This document shows, one piece after another, positions 40,201-46,264 of a DNA stretch of 64,000 bases; positions within the stretch are counted from its first letter, which is position 1, and every line of letters starts with the position of its first letter. The translations under genes and the position numbers were made by a program. This stretch comes from an uncultured virus (IMG/VR IMGVR_UViG_3300037195_000767) (taxonomy: Duplodnaviria; Heunggongvirae; Uroviricota; Caudoviricetes), in IMG/VR virus record IMGVR_UViG_3300037195_000767, one strand, 5' to 3'. The notes under the pieces are model-generated. The model saw only the letters and a program-made list of their open reading frames with translations. It did no database searches and was not told the origin of the DNA.

Positions 40201-42046
40201 ATTAGAAACTAATATACCTATAGTTTATAAAAGAAGATATATTCCTTATAATAATGAATTAGAAGCTAGAGATTATGTTATTAATATTTTAAATGGAGAT
40301 ACAAATAGGGCTGAAGTTATAGAAAGTATAAAGAAAGAAGATGAAGCTAAAGCTGATTCTAAAAGAGGACTAACAACTGATGTTTTAGTAGAGATGTCAA
40401 AGAAACAAAGAACAGGAGGTATGCAAACAGTACCAAAAGTAGTTCCAGTAGCTCCAATAGTTACAAAAGAAGGCGTGTCAGAAGTATTTAAAAAGAATTC
40501 TGAATTGTCAGAGATAGGTACAGAAGAACAATATTCTGCTTATTTAGATACTGTGTTTCCTGAGAGCAAAGTAAAAGATATTGTTTATCATATCTCAAGA
40601 AAAAAATTCGAGAAGTTTGATAAAAAGTTTCAAACTGTTGGAATGGCCGATATTCATGATGTAAAATTAGGTAGTGGCTTTTATTTTGCAGATATAAAAG
40701 AGGTTAAGAAATATGCAGCCTCTGTATCATTGTTATTTCCAGGAGAGAAACAAGAAATTGTTGAAACTGATTTTGGTCCTACAAAACCATTACCAAAAGG
40801 AGTGTTATACTCATCTCTATTAAATATTAAAAATCCACAACAAAAAACTGATATTGATGTAAGAGATAGAATTCTTGATAAGGATCCTGGAGTAGATGGA
40901 TTTGAACTTACTGATAATATTAGAAAGTCTAAAGAGTATGTAGTATTTGAACCAGAACAAATCCACATATTAGGTTCTAAACAAGATGTAAAAGGATTTA
41001 AAGAATTTGTATCTAAACCAGCAGTTCCAGTAGCTCCAGAAGTTACAAAAGCTTTAAAGTCTGATGTTATTTTACCAATTGGAACTTCTGGTAGTGGTAA
41101 ATCTACATGGATTAAAAGTATAAATAAAGGTAATGATTTTGTTGTAATATCTCCTGATGAGATGAGAATTGAATTTACTGGAGATATTAATGATAAAAGT
41201 AAAGATAATGAAATATATAAGGCCGTAATAGAAAGAACTATTAAAGCTATTGAAGAGGGTAAAAGAGTAATTATTGATAGTACAAATCTTAGAAAAGATA
41301 GGAGGAAACCATTTATTAAAGCTGTTAAAAAAGCTTTACCAGATACAAATATTCAATATAAACTAATGCCTTTAGATCCCGAATTAGCAAAACAAAGAAT
41401 TAAAGAGGATATCGCAGCAGGTATTGAGAGAGCTAATGTGACTGATAGCACAATAGATAGACACGCTAAGACTTATAAAGAAATGTTAAAGGATGTTAAA
41501 TCTGAAGATATTTCTGAATTTATAGAAGCTCCAGTAACTCCAGTAGACGCTCAAATTAAAAAAGTAACTTTAAAAGAACTTAGGAAACTAGCTAAAAAAA
41601 CAGACGGTCTTTCAGAAAATACTGAGGATTATTTCTATATAGATGATACTTTTAATAAAAAAAATAATAAAGCAATTCAAGTTAAAAAAGGAAGATTTGT
41701 TTTTGACATGACCGTTGATCGAAAAGGGGTCATAGAACCTTGGAAGGTTTCAGACTTAAGAGAAGATAAAAGCCTTTATTATAAAGAAACTGTTGATGGT
41801 GCAGGAAGAATACAAAAAAGTTCACCAAACTTTCCAATAACAGAAGCTGAAAAAGTATTAACTGAAATACAAAATCTTGCAAAACCTATAATAGCTCTAG
41901 AAACTCCAGTAACTACAGTTGATATAAATTCTATTAATAATTCTGAAGCTAATATAATGGATAATCAAGAAATGGTAAAAATGTATAAAGAATACCAAGC
42001 TGCAAAAAATAGAACTGATAATAATAGTGAAAAGAAATGCGATTAA
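28244..42046 (+). CDS. giant virion-packaged DNA-dependent RNA polymerase polyprotein
   Basis: GSDFDIDK catalytic loop (DFDIDK at 37715-37732), GYRIPT, NTGDAQGY, FESASKVG; zincin HEGFH at 33173; C-terminal ART-like and P-loop kinase domains. Confidence 0.92.
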   Translation: MPQNKPINYTKLLKGISNQTDEIDPNTNLDGDNSITDKSITTIDQPPTKLPKINYESLLQGTKKKARQNQLLKPIKVEGFNFDDYDLVPEIRMHQGMEVVNRIRANNQRWYTQLGNFLGQFVIGEIVGGVISGVGAIGEIPDMIRDGFSGSGHVDFNNSIIRAGNNISEWARDAMPIYEVNPNESWQMDDFGWWMGNGVSVASTLSMLIPAVGTVKAAGYIARITKLADKVGDATKYYSKMAIGAGTMRHAENVRESFQVANDARLLSAQQFEDQVNFDNFIGSESGQEFLKSYGIEADNPEAKRLAGEFIAAKAGWRSYMINSTNIVFDLVQFAPLLRGFKVKTRNSFGKHHKLKKAAAKVTGQKTPGKFNWAMSKLNPLVSATGRQLTEGIEEGINFIGGQEGAYLANNILGLESSNFSDRFGEYMQDGELWESAFWGVLGGITFEGASGRVGRMLGSNKNGPHSLTGKITEINQRAAFISNSAAKLNAIQNADPNYKDITGEYNFKDITEERRQELISELQTDLAYNLGINAAVAGNVDILLDQLKNPEFQQQLVDMGLTTQEEVDSFINEAEQNILTAEDTYKKHMGSFVTSSASQTVKNSLISKGINLDLQKKKIEKIRGKLEETNTELKLNDTTYGNIEGNAELALRKAALKRSLASFTIEAARADGIQYKTEADKLAATERYKNILNKIQNELNDIDTQVNESGESLPSVKNVDERIIDNAAAIEGYKIAESAIAEDVAKIKTQEAVKKEADLQKEQEEIFKQQGIDLATESTSDKSLKISEDSSQADLLGVIKNTLLPIENKLREGGQTEAADIVKNKIDELTDRLTSDESRREVKIAKENVKGDNQTSPKERTQEELLEEVNKKDMPPTNNDTNKDKINPDPNETDTEINPDQPTNTFNVNRTSPSPQFPDEPEVGETEFWNAFTQLNLSNTEDTTADSETIETINRIINLNPGDKLSIIRNDEGLEIVDNKGNHIGWVNEISSKQNLLKKAQARLITARTKSEKAKEASKIKGYETEIKTLKRLQTLAKGSQQGDVIVETEVTSKLRGTIINNMVNNEKVFRSISESFGKPINLFMNQKDTVKQLEVIYDADGNASVYDGFMGSGIVPPKFGAGVVYTIILDNNGQPMAVPISTGKVDIKHAEFLFDAFVELANRLNKRVGGKYVNDLRNKEIKDLKDIINEITYQGKKGGIVIHNEKIEIPMTDGNVLQLFFRDKGKGSLKGAPVSGIFNMRVVTKDESTGKVKQVLSDFNAFGSKSFSDITEFAIKQLQGLRRQVNKKRLGSKDKYQSPLHTDLKSPNYQNTGEEFDSYYDYLTTEKDKQGLPVLRSDIGAIRNESGDIITHFTNPRIRVGNIVGESVAPKTKKAPVTPEADRIAALDKTLVGKDREFVDLMREKGKDQKMIDQKIKSSARNTSAGNKLLTRYKAEDTLRNPEGKTLPELVSAYSLLFTDNYIPARTINDLLFDDPDLRTRNLGNTTSRYPAQQAILNYEAWAKQEAPAAPVEQDISNDQPPEVSAKDIIEGLKQGLGKQFITPDDVRNFDLSDDAFDKLSKNDFNDIDDFLDRSVTQNDVTQGYTQEDIDAAEAWWKKNLPNVPFQVVEGLITGGGRTAFGRFHNSMVSLSNIAKEGTAYHEGFHAVFNLYLNPVQKQKILAEAVERYGEPTNEEIDKIIRQYTTYGLADVTFDDKGRAEPTYEPELELTDLTFDDQGRPEPTYGMSRERAREIALEEKMADDFMNYVMTGVEDKTWRGRIRSFFRNMYKYMKNLLGIGSNIDKLFYDINNAKFTYKADQKAIDHARSITLNRNVEGENIPDTTMPSEGFTDSEEMVLLNKLPGLYYIVGQKLNNKSIAEANKTGQSPDPISDDAIKAGIMSVLVRRFNSPKTDSVHKTNITRVIQALNNDDSDIWSKTKQIIAKDFQTGTTLDPELDNIEFDDISEIKRNWDDGSTFNINQKTRATGEVRSIVRMSQDIQDIIIDPDGGIEYVTNKDDFLGFPNFLNFDSVYPYLSNHLAGIQNAQELLDRLETLSKFDLSFMKIWEQINPKHLNPRQQQLSTTEKQVLQEKKSLLLAKFFVTFAKQSATFDVDLVSIRGQSVIHRPSRSNNNDTKVILANKWISAIVDKHANKEIDIADVINGLKPISLGILNANNLDNIGKRKLAVSISNLYSKLGINLMEKGVNKMADAIYDTIKDMGNPIYMIKYGSISGIVNNVFVKPLSWVVDNLADNNVSFDQTGSLRELANAIKFFKYDLIQNTSVNVVGKKQYTITDSNFMSDFFAKYNSEDELQRLELIDFIGELLDVPGMKDSNWLQQMIRYTEDGKAPLRNENGDIILNDEFFSSFNYSYEDGIKNTDSNVGIKYHNMEDSDWYFMTLAKFLNGGKKGWSKYSQPIPADSSNIIFITAPTYKSSFLFNKNDKGEVTNTNTLNVNSPLGLSLFNLVAQEVKSIHQAQRYLFETDDFGNVKLEDGMPIIKEGLDMRTLQKDYHYKQGPNGEKILFDKQGYPVGEVFRFNSFPELINLNVLQSHKSPDGKGFIKSQSLGDKAIQSIQISIQQNLETEMINLSGNPMFMNQIDKLWALAKTRYITKEHFIMSFLGNQKVAITESQNWFSGNISEYSSKQDSSKRAKQTNSPGNKQAGIFTNPMFGLVVIKDLVLSSPDITQIANTLKESFLKRKNYTKVESKFDIDNIINGTPRSSLEKDVHKVARHYMAINTGDAQGYVTWDRYKRQLKDNGAWNDRVAFIANKIDNDQRISPDELNAIMQPFKGFYYNRKIDNSLGKLRSRQIKYSTIPLISQLVKGTDLEILADKMNVLGMDEVVFESASKVGTLSVHKIHDENGRIIPDIFDQLVEDDRLSIELLDNDHWYKQQDVPTKLDSVTQKLGTQIKDIVLTNLSNNPIYKVAFSNADMDGKQLLKKYAELTSANIIESSNELLEELGAKVDKDGNIVFENNKQLRKILLRELVKRGATDNYIKAVLPKPGTDQFTLPLAFSGMNNRFESLLLSLFTTNVTEQKFPGFSSVQFSGAFFRTNKKVSQLTQEYQEDKMQGVEWVKGHDTSRRLRSTRDSESGIITAEVVVSRPNAYHFEDGKPIPINEMDPQLLEMLGYRIPTEAKHSMVVFKIVGFTPRATGDIIILPDDIIAQTGSDFDIDKMQVMMYSANYKGEKIKYDNSKPASKNNRKQRNNAILDIFTSILKNKHHLAETLETGNFDDLKDIRKEMDEIDGITEASLDISSFSGQDEIRKRNMSGRVLKGISASINKFGAIAQNTKMSLMNGIKFKYKLIEVDSSTGTIIKRDIKQLIKRYGAANVERDGDFVIINHRTLGWTEDGSNLNVNGDLVLKHSAQGITGAVDIGKDPTFNSFNVKSFTYPLVGAATLLGIPWKNIAWFTKQDIVKAVQDKYYESRGAFGENTPLFEIIRSLKEEYLHVDSEKNSANHGTLFGLLPEATRRKLASMMFNAKKGKIPWVDFYNAREKAIGIEDYKPYSKEELKDIYMASKSLDILSAADKRQFYKDQLQILNNFTYMRNIGNQVNEGVRLVKVDTLGAGPSMVSTRNFERLLDKMVDDENTLLVEHEDGQEGIAALSIYPSYFGKSVESVYPTLNTMYEYSNMRSVKTIGHHFLEESPRFRGIIDSIMTHLKGIGFMYNDKVESITRNYITSYLLKDASLFSDMGDQDIRDILGISPINDRETTSLARDILDIQKDYPGLSQAQNHILTFLNPKTGIEEIEKNGGLELIDILDIPNDPIIQNQISRSLLRMYRGTSLNADGTLLPEDVRERLRDVAIKIAKYEFFVSGYNFGFNSLTELIPTEMKVELGLGEHLEKKIQEFSMLRSADGENIGNLVHKTIRSNWKRHVMVPLVKRQVEIREMKGQPTRVTKKGTGNWTPGRDGIIVTSTNLSNEPMSVQNSEYVYVPIYVIDKYKTAKTGEKVYRLASDNLYMKVGTDKQLGLQYYIPVPKLGIPGKMIEFGDQSLLETNIPIVYKRRYIPYNNELEARDYVINILNGDTNRAEVIESIKKEDEAKADSKRGLTTDVLVEMSKKQRTGGMQTVPKVVPVAPIVTKEGVSEVFKKNSELSEIGTEEQYSAYLDTVFPESKVKDIVYHISRKKFEKFDKKFQTVGMADIHDVKLGSGFYFADIKEVKKYAASVSLLFPGEKQEIVETDFGPTKPLPKGVLYSSLLNIKNPQQKTDIDVRDRILDKDPGVDGFELTDNIRKSKEYVVFEPEQIHILGSKQDVKGFKEFVSKPAVPVAPEVTKALKSDVILPIGTSGSGKSTWIKSINKGNDFVVISPDEMRIEFTGDINDKSKDNEIYKAVIERTIKAIEEGKRVIIDSTNLRKDRRKPFIKAVKKALPDTNIQYKLMPLDPELAKQRIKEDIAAGIERANVTDSTIDRHAKTYKEMLKDVKSEDISEFIEAPVTPVDAQIKKVTLKELRKLAKKTDGLSENTEDYFYIDDTFNKKNNKAIQVKKGRFVFDMTVDRKGVIEPWKVSDLREDKSLYYKETVDGAGRIQKSSPNFPITEAEKVLTEIQNLAKPIIALETPVTTVDINSINNSEANIMDNQEMVKMYKEYQAAKNRTDNNSEKKCD
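33313..33424 (+). repeat. degenerate in-frame tandem duplication (63-bp period)
   Basis: LADVTFDDKGRAEPTY / LTDLTFDDQGRPEPTY. Confidence 0.85.
40441..41051 (+). repeat. 29-bp direct repeat pair flanking the ART-like module
   Basis: agttccagtagctcca(at/ga)agttacaaaag at 40441-40469 and 41023-41051, 27/29 identical. Confidence 0.9.
41523..41919 (+). repeat. 22-bp direct repeat pair flanking an unknown module
   Basis: tagaagctccagtaactccagt (41523) vs tagaaactccagtaactacagt (41898), 20/22 identical. Confidence 0.85.
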
Positions 42047-42049
42047 ATT

Positions 42050-45000
42050 ATGGCTTGTAGATTAACAATTAAAACAAAAGGTGGAAAGGAAAGTAAATTA
42101 TTTAATAATTTAAATGATAGATTTGGAGAGAATCAAGCAAAAGATTTATATTCTCTTTCTAATACAAATACTTTTAAAAATTGGATTAATAAAAATTCTC
42201 AATATAACTTCGATAGGAACGGTGAAGTAGAATTTAAAGCTGTATTAGATTTTAATCAGAATTATTATACAGAACCTGTTAAAGAAATAAGAGAAATAAG
42301 TAAAACAACACAAACTAAAATAGATTTACTTAAAGAATCATTTAAAAATGTAGGTGTTAATGTAAATGTTGTTGAAGATTATGATTTAGTAGGTAGAGCT
42401 AAATTAGAAGCAGCTACTGAAAATACAATACCTACTATTGTATTTAATCCTGATAAAGTATTTTCTGATACAATTATACATGAATTTGGTCATATATATA
42501 TAGATTTACTTGGGTATAACCATCCTTTAGTTCAGGCTGGTATAAAACAATTAAAAGATTCTCCTTTATGGATGGAAGTACAATCTAAATATCCTAATTT
42601 GTCTAATGAATCTTTAGGTAAAGAAGTTCTTGTTACAGCTATAGGTAATGAAGGATCTGTTTTATTCGAAAATCAAAATGCAGAAAATCTAAAAAAAGAA
42701 ACTAGACTTAAAAGAATATTAAATGCTATATTTTCTTCTATAGCTAAATTATTAGGAATAAAAGTTTATGTAGCTAGACAATTAGCTGCTGAAATGCTTA
42801 ATAAAAATATCCAAAATGAATTAACTGGAAAAATATCTAATTATGAACAATGGAGTAAAGATTTAGACGTCGCTGTTCCTAATGAAGAGGCTATTAAACA
42901 AACTGAATTAACTTTATATTTAAATAATAAAGTAACTAATTTATATAGACAAATACGTAAATATAAAAATATAGCTCCTGAATATTCTGATGAGTTAAAA
43001 GATTTAGTTAAGGATATACAGTTATCTGATACAGAAAATCAATTAGAAAAATTAAATGATCATATATCTAGATCTTTAGGAAAAATTATAAATTTACCAG
43101 ATGATCAAGGAAGTATGCAAAAAAGAGTTACAGGTATTGAAGGTCGGCTTATAAAAACGGAAGAAACGTTAAAAAAAATTGTAAAGTTAAATAATGCAAT
43201 TAAAAGTAAAATATTAAATGATACTAGATTATCAGATAAAGAAATACTTAATCTTAAAAATAGTAAAAAATCTTTGTTGATGTCATCTATACGTAATTTA
43301 TATCATATGAATGTTGAATTAGATTCTTTTAGAGATTTAGCAGATTTAAACGACAATGCAGATTATCCGTCTGAGATAAAAGACGCTATAATTAAATTAC
43401 AGGGTAATATAGGAAAGATAGAAACTCTTTATAGAAGAACTATAAGATCATCTAAACAAGCATTTTTATTAGAGTTACAAGAATATAGTTCTAATCAAAA
43501 AGTTATAGATGATGCTATGAAAATATTTGAAGATAACTTTGATGAATCAGGAGCTCAACGTTGGATGGATGCTTTAGCTGATACTAATCATTCTTTTATA
43601 GCTTTAGTAAGAAAAAGAGTATCTGAAGAACAAGATAGAGGTAGAAGAGATTCTCTTAAATTAAAAGCTGAATGGAAAGATAGGATATCTGATCTTAAAA
43701 AAAATGGAATATCTATAGATGTATTTTTTGAAGAAGTTGATGGATATAAGACAGGTAAATTTATACAAGAATATGATTATAGTTCTTTTTATACTTTAAG
43801 ATCCAAAGTTTTCGATGAAGCTAATAAATTAAAAATAAAAGCTGATTCTTTACCAAAAGGAGCTGCAAGATCTAAATTATTAAAAAAGGCTAAATCTATA
43901 ATTAGAGATTTTTATGTTAATAATATGGAACCAGTTGAAAATTGGGAAAAAATTGTTAAACTTAGAAGAGATAAATTATCAGATGAAAAATTTGAATCAT
44001 GGGTAGATAGTAATATATATAAAGATACGGCTGGTAATATATATCCTTCTGGAGAATTATTACAAATTAAAAAATCTAAATATAAAAATGCTAAATTTGA
44101 TGCTTTAATGGCAGATCCTAATAAAAAAGAATTTTACGATTATTATCAACGTCTTATAAATGATTTAACAGGTCATAGCAGAAATGAATTTCTAAAAAAA
44201 GGATTTATGCCTGCTGTTCCTATAGATCAAAGAACTTATTTTAAATCTCTTAAAGACTCTATAGGTTTTAAAACTAAACAAGAAGAGCAAGAAGAATTTG
44301 CTACTGATGAAGCTAAAGAAGTTTTAGTAGATGAAAAAGGTGATGTTATTAATTTTGTTCCTTTTTATTATATGTCTAAATTAAATCAAGTTAATAAAAA
44401 GAAGATAACTGATGATATGACAGAAGATGAAAAAAATGCTATAATATCAGAAAATAGAAATATAGATGCTGAAAATAGAAAAGCTCATTTAGATGCATTA
44501 GATTTTAATTTAGAACGTACTATGATTACATTTATAGATACTGCTATAAATCATAGATCTAAATCTGCTATGGAAGAACAAGTATTATTAGCTAGAGAAG
44601 TTTTGACTCATACTAGAATAAAAAAGAAATCTTTTAAAAATACTGTAGATAAAATAGCTAAACAAGATATGGGAGAAGATAAAGGTTTAGATTTTGATGC
44701 TTCTCAATCTAATATACTACAACATTTCGATGATTGGATTAAAATGGTATTTTATGAAGACTTTGCTGCTGATGAAGGCGCTTGGACAAAAGCTTCTAGA
44801 GTGTTACAAAACTGGGCATCTATAAGAGGTATTGGTTGGAATATGTTTTCTGGTATAAATAATAAAGTATATGGTATGTATCAGATGAATGTAGAAGCTG
44901 CTGGAGCTCAATTTTTTAATTATAAACATTATAGAAAAGCTTCTGGCGAATATTATTCTCATTTTCATGAATATTTAATGCAAGGTATTAATGCTAGTGT

Positions 45001-46171
45001 TAGAGGTGAACAAGCTGGTCAATTTGCTACTAATAGCTTAACTGGTGGTTTAATGGTTCATTTTGATATACTACAATCACAAGATGAATTAGCTGATATG
45101 GCTGGTGGACCTGAAAGATCTAAATTACACAGATTAAAATTCTTTACAGATTCTGCTTATGCTATGCAGCATATTGGAGAACATACTATGCAAAATATAA
45201 CTTTATTATCTATGCTTAAAAAATATAAAGTAGATAATACAGGTAAAATATATAGAAATCCTTCTGTTTATGCTAGAAAAAATGGATTAAAATATAATAC
45301 TCCAGAAGAAAAAACTAGTATAAATAAAAAGTTTGAAGAATTAGATACTGTTCATAATTCATATGAACAAGTAGATGGATATGCACAACTTAAAGAAGGT
45401 TATAAAATAACTGATAAAGAATGGTCTGAATTTAGACAAGAAGTTATAGGTGTTAATCAGTATTTACACGGTATATATAATAAAGAAGATGCAGGAGCAA
45501 TGCAAAAATACGGTTTAGCTAGATTAGCTATACAATTTAGAAAATGGGCTAGACCAGGATGGAATAGAAGATTTGGTACTAAATTTGGTCAATCATTTTG
45601 GAATGAAAGACGTAATATGCTTGATGAAGGTATGTATGTAACTACGGCTAAATTTATGGTTACTATGCTAAAAGACTATAAAAACTTCTTTAGTAACGCT
45701 AAATTAAATTGGGATACTCTAGATGAAACTCAGAAAGCAAATGTTAAAAGATCAGCTATGGAATTATTATTAACTACTGGTGTATTCTTATTAGGACAAG
45801 CTCTTAGAGGTATGGAGGATGATGATAAGGAATTGGGTGAAACAGCTTGGTTTAATATATTAATGTATCAAGTTGATAGATTATGGACAGAACAAATGAC
45901 TTATAGTCCTATGTATGGTTGGTTTAATGAAGGTAGTAAAATGATTCAATCTCCTACTGCTTCTTGGAATATGGTTGAAGATGTATTTAAATTGTCTTAT
46001 AATTCATTTGCTTATCCTTTTAGATCTGAAGATGAAAGAAAATTTAAATCAGGTGTTAATTACGGTGAAGGTAGAGTAAGTACTTATTTTAGAAAATCTA
46101 TTCCTTTATATAACCAAATTGGTAGAATAGAAAGACTTAAAAAGAATAATAAATTTTACAAACTGTTCTAA
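42050..46171 (+). CDS. large cargo protein with zincin-like HExxH motif
   Basis: IIHEFGHIY (HEFGH at 42479-42493); helical body; HGIYN...QFRKW C-terminal motif typical of the last crAss cargo gene. Confidence 0.75.
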   Translation: MACRLTIKTKGGKESKLFNNLNDRFGENQAKDLYSLSNTNTFKNWINKNSQYNFDRNGEVEFKAVLDFNQNYYTEPVKEIREISKTTQTKIDLLKESFKNVGVNVNVVEDYDLVGRAKLEAATENTIPTIVFNPDKVFSDTIIHEFGHIYIDLLGYNHPLVQAGIKQLKDSPLWMEVQSKYPNLSNESLGKEVLVTAIGNEGSVLFENQNAENLKKETRLKRILNAIFSSIAKLLGIKVYVARQLAAEMLNKNIQNELTGKISNYEQWSKDLDVAVPNEEAIKQTELTLYLNNKVTNLYRQIRKYKNIAPEYSDELKDLVKDIQLSDTENQLEKLNDHISRSLGKIINLPDDQGSMQKRVTGIEGRLIKTEETLKKIVKLNNAIKSKILNDTRLSDKEILNLKNSKKSLLMSSIRNLYHMNVELDSFRDLADLNDNADYPSEIKDAIIKLQGNIGKIETLYRRTIRSSKQAFLLELQEYSSNQKVIDDAMKIFEDNFDESGAQRWMDALADTNHSFIALVRKRVSEEQDRGRRDSLKLKAEWKDRISDLKKNGISIDVFFEEVDGYKTGKFIQEYDYSSFYTLRSKVFDEANKLKIKADSLPKGAARSKLLKKAKSIIRDFYVNNMEPVENWEKIVKLRRDKLSDEKFESWVDSNIYKDTAGNIYPSGELLQIKKSKYKNAKFDALMADPNKKEFYDYYQRLINDLTGHSRNEFLKKGFMPAVPIDQRTYFKSLKDSIGFKTKQEEQEEFATDEAKEVLVDEKGDVINFVPFYYMSKLNQVNKKKITDDMTEDEKNAIISENRNIDAENRKAHLDALDFNLERTMITFIDTAINHRSKSAMEEQVLLAREVLTHTRIKKKSFKNTVDKIAKQDMGEDKGLDFDASQSNILQHFDDWIKMVFYEDFAADEGAWTKASRVLQNWASIRGIGWNMFSGINNKVYGMYQMNVEAAGAQFFNYKHYRKASGEYYSHFHEYLMQGINASVRGEQAGQFATNSLTGGLMVHFDILQSQDELADMAGGPERSKLHRLKFFTDSAYAMQHIGEHTMQNITLLSMLKKYKVDNTGKIYRNPSVYARKNGLKYNTPEEKTSINKKFEELDTVHNSYEQVDGYAQLKEGYKITDKEWSEFRQEVIGVNQYLHGIYNKEDAGAMQKYGLARLAIQFRKWARPGWNRRFGTKFGQSFWNERRNMLDEGMYVTTAKFMVTMLKDYKNFFSNAKLNWDTLDETQKANVKRSAMELLLTTGVFLLGQALRGMEDDDKELGETAWFNILMYQVDRLWTEQMTYSPMYGWFNEGSKMIQSPTASWNMVEDVFKLSYNSFAYPFRSEDERKFKSGVNYGEGRVSTYFRKSIPLYNQIGRIERLKKNNKFYKLF

Positions 46172-46185
46172 AAAAAAGAAGATTA

Positions 46186-46231
46186 AAAGAAAAGGCGGGG
46201 ATAAGTGTATCAAAACTTATCCCCTTTTTTT
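46186..46231. terminator. intrinsic terminator, probably bidirectional, at the convergence of the two blocks
   Basis: 10-bp stem ggggataagt/acttatcccc followed by T7; A-rich tract upstream. Confidence 0.85.
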
Positions 46232-46264
46232 ACGACTAAGTATTATGAAAGACATTAACCTTTT

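Noticed and set aside
38..46171. Diversity-generating retroelement
   Set aside because: No reverse transcriptase and no ~100-bp TR/VR pair with adenine-specific mismatches seen
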